NCBI GenBank assembly: GCA_963825595.1
Contig: CAWGUE010000011.1
Location: forward strand, 25,267 to 89,266
From: an uncultured delta proteobacterium
Lineage (GTDB): Bacteria > Desulfobacterota > Desulfobacteria > Desulfobacterales > SG8-13
Direction of reading: 5' to 3'
DNA length: 64,000 bases
Position numbers and translations under genes: made by a program. Within the stretch, counting starts at the first letter, position 1, and every line of letters begins with the position of its first letter. This document shows positions 7,111 through 16,772 of the stretch, in pieces. Under the pieces are notes generated by a model. It was not told where the DNA came from, did no database searches, and worked only from the letters and a program-made list of their open reading frames with translations.

Positions 7111-9900
7111 TTTCTGAACAACACGGAGCCGCGCTTCACCTTGACCAGCAGCACCGCGCATCCTTTTTACCCGGCGCCGGATCAGGTCAATATGCTGCGT
7201 CACGGCGACGAACTGGAGATCACTTTCGGCATTATCCTGATCCGGCCGGAATCTTATGACAAAACGGCAGATCTCGATGTCCGCGAGGAAGATCCGAACA
7301 GCACCCCGGCGGACACCGATCCGGATAACGATATTTCACTGTCAAACCAACTGAACGTCACATTCGAAGATTTCTGTAACCCCGGAACGATTATCAATCG
7401 GACTTTCGACACAAACCATTCTCCAAATCCGGAGGACCTGGACATCGATATCATTGGTGATCCTCTGGTTTTCATCCTCACCAATGATCCGAGTCAGCGG
7501 TTGCCGCTGACCGTCGAACTGACCAACAACGGTGGCCATAGCGCGGCCGACTATGTCGCATACGTGAGCTTCGGAACGCACAATGGATGTGGTGGATCGG
7601 CCAACCAATTGCAACCCACCAGTAATCCGCCACCTCATGATGAGTGGCAGTTGCCGGTGCCGATTCCACCAAATGGAGCGGTCTTTGCCTGTACCGGTGG
7701 TGCGATATCAAGAAACGGTGGCCGGGTAAGATACGATTTTCAAGTGATAAAAAGTGCCGATCCAGCCGATATCATCGCCGATGACCTGTCATTCCGAGCC
7801 GATGTGATCGGTGAAATCACACTGAGTAACACAGATAGCCAGGGGAGGACTAACCTCTGGTTCCCAACACCCGTCAATCCGAGGGCAGACACGGGCATCG
7901 ATGATTACAACAATTACACACTCGACGGCCTTCGGGCCCGTGTGGTCGGATTCAACCTTCTCAAATCCCAGCTTGGAAACTGTACAGAAAACAACAATCC
8001 CCCACCACCACTGCCCGATCTGAATGTGCAGATCGGAGAGGAGTGCACCTATCACATCGAAACCGGTGGTTGGTTTGGCTTTAATACGCCGGGTTTTAAC
8101 ATCATCGCTGTGCAGGACATTCAGGTCGTTGACCAACTACCGAATGGCCAGGGCTACCTTTCGTCAACCAATCCGGCTTTGACCAGCACTTCAGAGATCA
8201 AGAGCATCAGTCTCAACCCGCCGGGGCTGTCACCGCTAGATGAAGGGGATTTCGACTGGACCTTTAACCGGGACGAGGTAAACGAGCGCATAAGGACCAT
8301 TGAAGAATGGTTCAAGGTCGACACAACTTCACGCCTGCTCAACGATCCCATCAACACAAGTGCCTTGCCGAACCGGCATGCAGAGCCCAGTACCAACGTG
8401 CTTGTGTCGTATTTTGATGCTGTTTTCCAGTCTGGAACCGATCCGGAAGAAGGTTATCGATTAGGACCCAGTACTGTGGGTTATCCCCGGGTAGAGGTGC
8501 GCCGTGTAGAACTCACTGTTACCGAGCCGCAGATCACAGTCGTCAAGGAAGTCTGTAACGAATCGTTGAACGGCGTGGGGCCCACGTGCAGTCCCTGGGA
8601 ACAGCTGGCCGACGACGGCGATGCCTACGACTCTTACATCTATCGCCTGACGCTGACCAACGAAGCCAGCAGCGGCGGCGTGCAGCGCGCTCCGGCTTAC
8701 GATGTCACCGTGACCGACCGGCTCGATACCAGCGATCTGGCTTATGTTCTGCCCTTTGACGCCGACGGCCTGGACAACGACGGCGATGGCGCCATCGACG
8801 AGGCCGACGAGGGCGTCATCAGCGATAACACTGTCCGGAACGGCACATCGGCAGTAATCACCTTCTCCCACACCCACAGCATCCCATTGCTGCGTATCAA
8901 TGCGGGCGATTCGGTGCAGCTTTACTACCGGGTCGATTTTGACGACGATGCCGCGCCCCTGCAGACCTTCACCAACACGGCCGTCGCCACCTACGACTCC
9001 CTGGAAGGGGCATTCGGCAACCAGACCGCGCCCCAGCTCGCCAACGGTGATTTGCCTGAAATCGGCGGCGCGCGGGTTTATACGTCACCCGCGGACTCGG
9101 CCGATGTGCGGGTCATTCCGGTGCAGACGCAACCCAAGCGGATTACTGATCTTTCCAATACACTCCTCGTTGGAGCGGGGAGCACCCAAGGCGTTTCCAT
9201 CGGCGAAGAGATCGAATACCGGCTCAACACGCTGCTGCCGGTAGCCTTGCTACGAAACTTTGTTATCCGCGATGAACTGCCCGCGGGCCTGCGCTGCAGC
9301 GAAGCCCCGGAGGTCAACCTGAACGCGCCGCCCTATTCGGCGGCAAATTTCGTGCCCGGCGGCACCTTTACCCCCACCTGTACAGACAACCTCGTTGAAT
9401 GGAATTTCGGTCATCAGCGCGTGACCAACGGCAGCATCGGCAACCGCTATGATTTCGAGATCGGGTTTATTGCCCGCGTCGAAAACACCATCGGGACCAA
9501 TGACGCCGATGTGCTTTCCAATGGGGACCCGGCCACCACCGCCACGGCGCGCTATATCGACGAAATCGGCAACCCGGTGGTGCTCACCTTCGGCCAGGTC
9601 GATGTCCTGGTGCGCGAACCGCGTATCGATCTCACCAAAGCCTTTGCCGTTGCCAATGCCGATGCCGGCGATATTCTCACGCTAACCGTAACGGCGACCA
9701 ACAGCGGCACGGCCACCGCATACAACCTGCGGGTGCTCGACGACCTGACCGGCCGCAACCTGACCTTCACGGGCACTGTGGGCGGCACCAACCCGCCGGA
9801 CACCATCGACACCACGACCCTGGGCGCCAACCGGCCGATCTTCAGCTGGAACCCACCTAACGGCATCGCCCCCGGCGAGTGCTATCAGTTTCACCTTTGA
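7066..9900 (+). CDS. Giant DUF11-repeat surface protein, central fragment (frame 1)
   Basis: 944-codon ORF with repeated modules of about 100 aa in the 'conserved repeat domain'/DUF11 style (GDILTLTVTATNSGTATAYNLRVLDDL). It has an acidic loop, DADGLDNDGDGAIDEADEG. It has no signal peptide or convincing start of its own, and it ends at a frame break at about 9877. Confidence 0.6.
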   Translation: MPVPFRISRATIHTDFLNNTEPRFTLTSSTAHPFYPAPDQVNMLRHGDELEITFGIILIRPESYDKTADLDVREEDPNSTPADTDPDNDISLSNQLNVTFEDFCNPGTIINRTFDTNHSPNPEDLDIDIIGDPLVFILTNDPSQRLPLTVELTNNGGHSAADYVAYVSFGTHNGCGGSANQLQPTSNPPPHDEWQLPVPIPPNGAVFACTGGAISRNGGRVRYDFQVIKSADPADIIADDLSFRADVIGEITLSNTDSQGRTNLWFPTPVNPRADTGIDDYNNYTLDGLRARVVGFNLLKSQLGNCTENNNPPPPLPDLNVQIGEECTYHIETGGWFGFNTPGFNIIAVQDIQVVDQLPNGQGYLSSTNPALTSTSEIKSISLNPPGLSPLDEGDFDWTFNRDEVNERIRTIEEWFKVDTTSRLLNDPINTSALPNRHAEPSTNVLVSYFDAVFQSGTDPEEGYRLGPSTVGYPRVEVRRVELTVTEPQITVVKEVCNESLNGVGPTCSPWEQLADDGDAYDSYIYRLTLTNEASSGGVQRAPAYDVTVTDRLDTSDLAYVLPFDADGLDNDGDGAIDEADEGVISDNTVRNGTSAVITFSHTHSIPLLRINAGDSVQLYYRVDFDDDAAPLQTFTNTAVATYDSLEGAFGNQTAPQLANGDLPEIGGARVYTSPADSADVRVIPVQTQPKRITDLSNTLLVGAGSTQGVSIGEEIEYRLNTLLPVALLRNFVIRDELPAGLRCSEAPEVNLNAPPYSAANFVPGGTFTPTCTDNLVEWNFGHQRVTNGSIGNRYDFEIGFIARVENTIGTNDADVLSNGDPATTATARYIDEIGNPVVLTFGQVDVLVREPRIDLTKAFAVANADAGDILTLTVTATNSGTATAYNLRVLDDLTGRNLTFTGTVGGTNPPDTIDTTTLGANRPIFSWNPPNGIAPGECYQFHL

Positions 9901-10036
9901 CGTCCGCGTCGATACCGCTGCGCAGCCCCTGGAAGTCCTGGACAATACCATCCAGGCGGATTGGACGTCACTGCCCGGTCAGACAACCGCGCTCAACAGC
10001 ACGGGGATAATCGGCGCTGACGGCAGCGAGGACGGC

Positions 10037-13000
10037 ATGCGCATCGGCGCCTTGCCCAACGCCGGTGATACGATAAACGACTACGAGACCGAAGCCAGCG
10101 ATTCTGCGACCGTCCCCCCGCTTATCCAGACCAAGACCGATCTGGACCCGGCCGTGATACCCACGATTGGGGCACACAAAAGCTTCCGTATCGACATCCG
10201 TCTGCCTGAAGGCACGACCCAGGACGTCCTTGTCACCGATAGCCTCAACAGCGCCGGTATCAGCTATTTTCTGGAGAACAACCCCGGCTACGACATCACC
10301 TACACCTTCCAGGGTATTGCCACCATCAACGGCGCGGTGCCGAATGAATCGGCCTTTACCGCCTTTCCGGTGGACAACACCAGCGGCAGCGCGGTGTGGA
10401 ATATCGGCACGGTGGTCACCCAGACCGAAAACGACCCGACCCAAAGCGCTATCGCGCCTCTTATCCGCATCGAGTATTTCGCCCGGGTAAACAATGACCT
10501 TGACACCGACAACGGCGATACCTTGCAGAATTCGGTGGTCGTGAATTACACCAACGGCGAGACCGGTGGGCAAGAAGCCTTGACGGATAACACGGCAGCC
10601 GTGACCGTGGTCGAACCTCTGATCAGTGCGACCAAAACGGTTATCAATGTCACGCCCGGCAAACTGCCTGCCGATCCGGCCGCCGGTGGCGATATTCTCG
10701 AATATGCCGTCGCCATTCTCAACAGCGGTACCGCCACCGCCATGGACGTCAATGTGGTGGATACCCTGCCGGCCGGGCTGCCGCTGTACACCAGTTTTAC
10801 CCCCACGGCGAGCATCGGCGGTTCGGCAGTGGTCGGTTTTGTTGCAACGCCGGACAATGCGCCGGCCGGCCCCCTTGTCTGGGGGCATGACAACGGTGAT
10901 GACAGCCTGGATATTCCCGTTGGTCAATCCCTGATCCTGACCTACCGTGTTGTGGTTCAGTCGCTGAGCGGTTCGTTCAGCAACAGTGTTTGGGTGGATT
11001 GGACCTCCCTTGATGGCGACAGCGGATACGAACGAACCGGTGAAGGTTGTCCCAGCTGGACTGCACCCAATGATTATTGCACGGGCGCGGTGGTCGCCAT
11101 CATCCCCACGGTGGATGACACCAGCATTGCCAAGGCCGTCACCGACGATACATATGATGTTCCGCCCCTCAGTACGGCAGTGGATGCCATTGCCCGTGTG
11201 GGCGATACCATCACCTATCGCCTGGCATTGGATCTGCGCGGCGGACTGATAAGCAACGTCCAGGTCCAGGATGTGCTGCCCACAGGCATGGCTTTTGTCG
11301 ATGTGGTCAGCATCAATGGCGATACCACTGCGGATTACACCTCGCCTGCCGGTGGACCGGGCTCCAATTTCGCCTATGCGCCGATACCTGCCGCCAATGT
11401 GCCTGCAGCCGGTCAAACCGGAACCCTGACCTGGACCATCGGCGACGTGGTCAACGATCCCTTCGGTGACCCAACCACCGATATCCTCGAAATCTATTAT
11501 CGCGCGACAATCCTGCCGGATGCCGGTATTGCCCACGTCGCTTCGACCACCCTGACCAATACGGCGACGCTGAGCTACACGGATGCGCCGGTCCTTACCG
11601 GTAATGCCGTTGCCACCGTGTACCAGCCGGTCATCGCTGCTGTCACCAAAACAGAACGCAACGGTCTCACCAGCCCGGCGACGGTGGATGTGGTCAACGA
11701 TACCATGCTTTTCCGGTTGGAGGCGTGCAACACCGGATCGGCGCCGGCCTACAGCATCGAGATGGCCGATCAACTGGCCACCCAATTAGATGAAACCAGC
11801 ATTGCCAATCTGGTGGTGTCTGCCAATGGGGCTGTTCTCAGCGCCGGTAGTGACTTCACTTACACGCCGCCGGCTGTTCGCGGCGGCACCCTGGATTTTC
11901 TGCTGACCACCCCGGTCAACCCCGGCGAGTGCCTCAGCATCGATTACGACATCGGATTTTATACCGATTTTGGTCCCAACCAGACCTGGAACAACAGCGT
12001 CAGCGTTGACAGCTACTGGTCGCTACCCGCCCAGTCCGGCCAGCGCTACGGACCGGTAGGGCCGGCGATCTTCGAAATGACCAATACGACGACCGTCGAA
12101 CCCCTGGAAAAAACCATTGTCACGCCAGTCTCCGCCCTGGCGGCCATCGGTGATCGGATCGTCTACCGGATCACCGTCCCCGTCACGCCGGTAAACGCGG
12201 CCCTGCACGACGTGCGCATCCTCGATGACCTGAGTGCTTCGGCTGCGGACCTAAGTTTCGTCAGTGTTGCAAAGGTCTCCGGCTCACAGCCGTGGACCCC
12301 GGTTAATACCGGCAGCGCCACCAACCTGGTGATCGAAGATACGACCACCGGCATCGACATTCCAGCCGGGGAACAGATCGTCCTCGATATAACGGTGGTG
12401 TTGGAGGATACACCGACGAACGTCAGTGGTCTGCAGTTCAGCAACACCGCCGATTATACCTTCAACACGGTCAACGACGATCCTGCGAGCCAGACGCCCG
12501 GTGGGTCGGACACGACCCCCGATATAACCATCATCGGCCCGGATGCGATCACACTGGATAAAACCGGTCCGGCGACCATGCAGGTGGGTACTCCCGCCGG
12601 CTTCACGCTGAATGTGCACAACCCGAGCACCGGCACTGCCTGGAACCCGACCATTACCGATCGGTTGCCCCATGGTGCGACCGGAGGTATGTGCGCCAGC
12701 GGGCCGAGCAATGTGACCGCGCAAATCATTTTGGCGGACGGGACGCCGGCGCCAGCGCCGCTCGTTGAGAACACCGATTATTCAGTGAGCTTCAGCGGAG
12801 AACCCTCCTGCGAATGGACCATCAGTCTTTTGTCAGCAGCCGGCGGACTGGCGCCCGGTCAGCGCCTGATCGTCGGTTACGACCTCGAACTGGATCTGTC
12901 GACCGAAAATGGAACCGTTCTGACAAATGTCGCCGGGGCCACGCAATGGTTCAGCGCCGATCCCGAAGCAGCGGGTGCCGCGCCGCGCACTTATGACCGC

Positions 13001-16000
13001 GAATTGACCGATGGCACGCCGGGCACCCTCGATCACGAGGATAGCCACACCGTTACTTGCGAAGCGCCGATCCTGGCGTTCATCAAGAGCGTGCAGAACG
13101 TGACCACCGGGCAGAACCCGGGCAGCAACGCCAGCCCCGGAGATACATTGCGCTACACCATCCAGCTCAGCAACTCCGGGCCCGTGGGAATAGCCTCTTT
13201 TTCCATCGTGGACGAGGTCGATCGTTTCAATGCCCCACCGGTTTTCGCCCCCGGCAGCCTGAGTCTGATCAGCGCTCCCGCGGGCGCCGACACCTCTGGC
13301 ACGAATGCCATGGGTGGCATCCACGGCACAGGCCTGCTGAATGTCGCCAATCTTGCCATCGGTGCTCAGGGTGACGCCAACGATACCATCGTGGTCGTAT
13401 TCGAGATCGCCCTGGCGCCGGCGATCACCCATGGGACCGTGGTGCTCAACCAGGCCGAACTCGTCTCCGCGAACCCCGATCGGCTTCAAAGCGATGATCC
13501 CAACGTGTCCGGTGACGCTGATCCCACAGAGACGCTGATCACTTCGGCGCCGGCTTTCGAGGTGCAGAAGATTTCCACCATCATGACCGGGGATCCCAAC
13601 GTTCTGATGGCCGGCGAAACCCTGCGTTACACCATCACCATTAAAAACATCGGTTCAGAGGATGCCGTCAACGCGCGTCTGCGGGACGATACCCCGGCCA
13701 ATACCACTTACGTGGCCAACAGCACGACTCTCAACGGTAATGCCGTACCCGACCCGAGCCCCGGCATCAATCCGTTGCATGCCGGCATCCTGATCAATGC
13801 ACCGGAAAACGTTACTGCCGGATATCTGCGCGCCGATACCGCACCGGGGGCAACCAATGTGGCCACGGTGACCTTCGACGTGGTGGTCGATCCGAGCGCC
13901 ATGAACGGTCTGATCATCGAGAACCAGGGATTCTTGGGCGCCAGTGGCGCGGGAAGCGGCCTGCAGCCCGAGCAGCCGTCAGATGATCCGGCCACGCCGA
14001 TTCCCGACGATCCAACCCGCAACGTGGTCGGCAACCTGCCGTTGCTTTATGCCCACAAGACCGTGCAGATCCAAGAAGATTTCGGCTCAGCGGGGATCGT
14101 CGATCCGGGTGACGTGCTGCGCTACACCATCGTCATCAGCAACTATGGCGCCATCCCGGCGACGGGAGTGACGCTCACTGACACCGTGCCCGCCAACACC
14201 AGCTATGAAGCCAACTCCCTGCGTCTGAACGGTGCGTCAGTAGGTCCCGATGGCGGTGTGTCGCCGCTGATCGCCGGCCTCACGGTGCATTCCTCCGACA
14301 ATCCGGGTGCCGGCATCATTTCTGCCGGTAGCAGCGCTGTGATCACTTTTGACGCCAGAGTCAATGCCGGCGTACCCACCGGCACCCTTATCAGTAACCA
14401 GGGCAGTCTTACTTCCAACGAACTGTCACCAGAACCGACCGATGCGGACGGACTGCCGTCCAACGGCTATCAGCCGACCGTCATCGTCGTCGGTGACGCA
14501 CAGCTGCTCTCAGTGACCAAGGAAGTGGCCATCGTGGGTGGCGGCGCTGCCACAGCGGGCGGCCAGTTGGCCTATACGATTCGGGTGACCAACATTGGCA
14601 CCTTACCCGCCACGCGCGTGATGGTGACCGACGATCTCAGCCCTCCGCTGGGCAATCAGGTGGCCTACATCCCCGGATCGGGCACGCTGAACGGCTCGGC
14701 GTCTGGGGTGACTTACGCAAGTTCGACCCTCACGGCGGACTATGCCGCCCAGTATGGAGATTTGCAACCCGGCAACAGTGCCGTCGTGCGCTTCCGCGTG
14801 CAGATCGACCCCGCACTGGCCATCGGGACAACCATCACCAATACCGGCGTCGTTCGCTGGAACGATCCGGCACAGACCGCATCGGCCAGCGTATCGCTTG
14901 ACCTGGGCGGTATACCGGGCAGCGGCATCTTCAACGGCAACGTTTGGCACGACGCCAACCTGGACAGGATATGCGACACCTCCACCGAGACATTGTTGGA
15001 GGGTTGGTCGGTGGTGCTCTATCGTAACAGTCAGTTGGTCACCACGGTGTTGACCGATGCCAGCGGTGCTTACCGACTCAGCGGCCTTGTCCCCAACGAG
15101 GGGACAACGGAACTTTATGAACTGCGCTTCCTTGCGGCGGGGGCAGGTCCGAACACGGCCTCGCTGGGTATGGCCGACTCGCCGTTCACCAATGGCCCGC
15201 AACGGATCAGCGCCATTACCGTAACGTCGGGCGGCTATCTGCAGAATCTGAATATGCCGCTCTGGCCCAACGGTGCCGCATACAACTCGGTTGCACGGGA
15301 ACCGGTGGCCGGAGTCCGACTCACGCTGCTGAATGCAGCCACCGGCACACCTTTGCCGAGCCAGTGCTTCGACGACCCGATTCAGCAGAATCAGGTCACG
15401 GCTCAGGACGGTTTCTACAAGTTCGACTTGAACTTCAGTGATGGGTCTTGTCCGGCAGGCGGCGCCTATCTCATCGAGGTCACACCACCGGCCACCGGTT
15501 ACATGCCCGCGCCGTCTGAAATCATCTCGCCCGCCAGTGACATGACCACCGCGGCATTTTCCGTTCCAACGTGCCCCGGAAGCGCTAACGATGCGGTGCC
15601 GGCCACTGGCGATTTCTGCGAGGTGACGACCTTTCCTGCAATACCGCCACTGTCGGTCCTGCCGGGTGCTGCCGGTACCACTTATTATCTTCACCTGGTG
15701 CTGAGCAACGGGAACCTGCCGGGTCACAGCCAGGTGTTCAACAACCCCATCCCCATCGATCCGGAACTGGGCGGAGCCGTGGCCATAACCAAGACCTCGT
15801 CCGCGGTCAACGTGGTTCGGGGGGAGTTGGTGCCTTACACGATCACCGTGTCCAATGTGTTCGGCGCGCCGCTTTACGACATCCGTATCGTCGACCGCCT
15901 ACCGGCCGGCTTCAAATACGTTGCCGGTTCGGCTCGCCTGGACGGTCAACCGGCCGAACCGCCCATCAACGGCCGGGAAGTGTTCTGGGATGATCTCGAC

Positions 16001-16768
16001 CTGCAAGTCAACCAGAGAAAAACCATCAAGTTCTTACTGGTGGTGGGTTCCGGCGTCACCGAAGGCGAATACGTCAACCGGGCGCAGGTGATCAACACCG
16101 CCACAGGAGATGCGGTTTCGGGGGAAGCGACCGCCACCGTGCGGGTCGTGCCCGATCCGGATTTCGACTGCACCGATTTCATCGGCAAGGTATTCGACGA
16201 CGGCAATCTGAACGGACGACAGGACACGGGCGAAAAAGGCTTGGTCGGTGTTCGCGTTGTGACGGTGCGCGGTTTGATCGCCACCACAGACGAACACGGA
16301 CGCTTTCACATCACCTGTGCGGCTGTGCCCGACGAGGATCGCGGCAGCAACGTCATCCTGAAGCTGGACGAGCGCAGCCTGCCGACCGGCTATCGCTTGA
16401 CCACCGAAAATCCGCGTGTTCAGCGGGCCACCCGCGGCAAGATGATCCGCTTCAACTTTGGCGCGACCATCCACCGCGTGGTCCGCATCGATATAGCCGG
16501 CGGCGTGTTCGAGCCCGATACCAGCGAACTGCGGCTGCAGTGGAAGCCCCGGCTTGTCCAGTTGCTGGAAGAGCTGAAGAAGGCGCCGTCCCTGCTGCGC
16601 TTGTCATACCTCGCCGATGTCGAACCGAAAGGCCTGGTTAATAAACGTCTGGCTGCATTGAAAAAGGAAATCACCAGGCAGTGGGAACGGTCGGATGGTG
16701 GCTATCGACTGACTGTTGAAACCGAAATTTTCTGGCGACGCGGTGCGCCGCTGACGAGCCGTCGATAA
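10037..16768 (+). CDS. Giant DUF11-repeat surface protein, C-terminal fragment (frame 2, open from about 9863)
   Basis: The frame-2 text upstream of the first ATG continues the domain cut at 9877 (GIAPGE|AISFTFDVRVDTAAQ). It has many DUF11-like modules (GDILEYAVAILNSGTATAMDVNVVDTLP, GDTLRYTIQLSNSG, GETLRYTITIKNIGSEDAVNARLRDDTP, GDVLRYTIVISNYGAIPATGVTLTDTVP). It also has two SdrD-B/Cna-B-like modules (GNVWHDANLDRICD.., IGKVFDDGNLNGRQDTGEKGLVGVRV). Confidence 0.7.
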   Translation: MRIGALPNAGDTINDYETEASDSATVPPLIQTKTDLDPAVIPTIGAHKSFRIDIRLPEGTTQDVLVTDSLNSAGISYFLENNPGYDITYTFQGIATINGAVPNESAFTAFPVDNTSGSAVWNIGTVVTQTENDPTQSAIAPLIRIEYFARVNNDLDTDNGDTLQNSVVVNYTNGETGGQEALTDNTAAVTVVEPLISATKTVINVTPGKLPADPAAGGDILEYAVAILNSGTATAMDVNVVDTLPAGLPLYTSFTPTASIGGSAVVGFVATPDNAPAGPLVWGHDNGDDSLDIPVGQSLILTYRVVVQSLSGSFSNSVWVDWTSLDGDSGYERTGEGCPSWTAPNDYCTGAVVAIIPTVDDTSIAKAVTDDTYDVPPLSTAVDAIARVGDTITYRLALDLRGGLISNVQVQDVLPTGMAFVDVVSINGDTTADYTSPAGGPGSNFAYAPIPAANVPAAGQTGTLTWTIGDVVNDPFGDPTTDILEIYYRATILPDAGIAHVASTTLTNTATLSYTDAPVLTGNAVATVYQPVIAAVTKTERNGLTSPATVDVVNDTMLFRLEACNTGSAPAYSIEMADQLATQLDETSIANLVVSANGAVLSAGSDFTYTPPAVRGGTLDFLLTTPVNPGECLSIDYDIGFYTDFGPNQTWNNSVSVDSYWSLPAQSGQRYGPVGPAIFEMTNTTTVEPLEKTIVTPVSALAAIGDRIVYRITVPVTPVNAALHDVRILDDLSASAADLSFVSVAKVSGSQPWTPVNTGSATNLVIEDTTTGIDIPAGEQIVLDITVVLEDTPTNVSGLQFSNTADYTFNTVNDDPASQTPGGSDTTPDITIIGPDAITLDKTGPATMQVGTPAGFTLNVHNPSTGTAWNPTITDRLPHGATGGMCASGPSNVTAQIILADGTPAPAPLVENTDYSVSFSGEPSCEWTISLLSAAGGLAPGQRLIVGYDLELDLSTENGTVLTNVAGATQWFSADPEAAGAAPRTYDRELTDGTPGTLDHEDSHTVTCEAPILAFIKSVQNVTTGQNPGSNASPGDTLRYTIQLSNSGPVGIASFSIVDEVDRFNAPPVFAPGSLSLISAPAGADTSGTNAMGGIHGTGLLNVANLAIGAQGDANDTIVVVFEIALAPAITHGTVVLNQAELVSANPDRLQSDDPNVSGDADPTETLITSAPAFEVQKISTIMTGDPNVLMAGETLRYTITIKNIGSEDAVNARLRDDTPANTTYVANSTTLNGNAVPDPSPGINPLHAGILINAPENVTAGYLRADTAPGATNVATVTFDVVVDPSAMNGLIIENQGFLGASGAGSGLQPEQPSDDPATPIPDDPTRNVVGNLPLLYAHKTVQIQEDFGSAGIVDPGDVLRYTIVISNYGAIPATGVTLTDTVPANTSYEANSLRLNGASVGPDGGVSPLIAGLTVHSSDNPGAGIISAGSSAVITFDARVNAGVPTGTLISNQGSLTSNELSPEPTDADGLPSNGYQPTVIVVGDAQLLSVTKEVAIVGGGAATAGGQLAYTIRVTNIGTLPATRVMVTDDLSPPLGNQVAYIPGSGTLNGSASGVTYASSTLTADYAAQYGDLQPGNSAVVRFRVQIDPALAIGTTITNTGVVRWNDPAQTASASVSLDLGGIPGSGIFNGNVWHDANLDRICDTSTETLLEGWSVVLYRNSQLVTTVLTDASGAYRLSGLVPNEGTTELYELRFLAAGAGPNTASLGMADSPFTNGPQRISAITVTSGGYLQNLNMPLWPNGAAYNSVAREPVAGVRLTLLNAATGTPLPSQCFDDPIQQNQVTAQDGFYKFDLNFSDGSCPAGGAYLIEVTPPATGYMPAPSEIISPASDMTTAAFSVPTCPGSANDAVPATGDFCEVTTFPAIPPLSVLPGAAGTTYYLHLVLSNGNLPGHSQVFNNPIPIDPELGGAVAITKTSSAVNVVRGELVPYTITVSNVFGAPLYDIRIVDRLPAGFKYVAGSARLDGQPAEPPINGREVFWDDLDLQVNQRKTIKFLLVVGSGVTEGEYVNRAQVINTATGDAVSGEATATVRVVPDPDFDCTDFIGKVFDDGNLNGRQDTGEKGLVGVRVVTVRGLIATTDEHGRFHITCAAVPDEDRGSNVILKLDERSLPTGYRLTTENPRVQRATRGKMIRFNFGATIHRVVRIDIAGGVFEPDTSELRLQWKPRLVQLLEELKKAPSLLRLSYLADVEPKGLVNKRLAALKKEITRQWERSDGGYRLTVETEIFWRRGAPLTSRR

Positions 16769-16772
16769 CGGA

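Noticed and set aside
9860-9900. Possible programmed +1/-1 ribosomal frameshift joining the 944-aa and 2243-aa adhesin ORFs.
   Set aside because: There is no slippery heptamer, no obvious downstream stimulatory hairpin, and six further frame breaks upstream. A plain indel, real or artefactual, is the simpler reading.
9968-11785. 605-aa ORF on the minus strand. There are similar long antisense ORFs at 12833-13489, 14603-15727, 18069-19352, 22997-23815, 25036-25989, 26113-27072 and 30801-31757.
   Set aside because: Each lies entirely inside a much longer sense-strand gene with recognisable domains. Their Arg/Gly/His-rich, motif-free translations are what antisense frames of GC-rich coding DNA look like. 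No start context or RBS is present.
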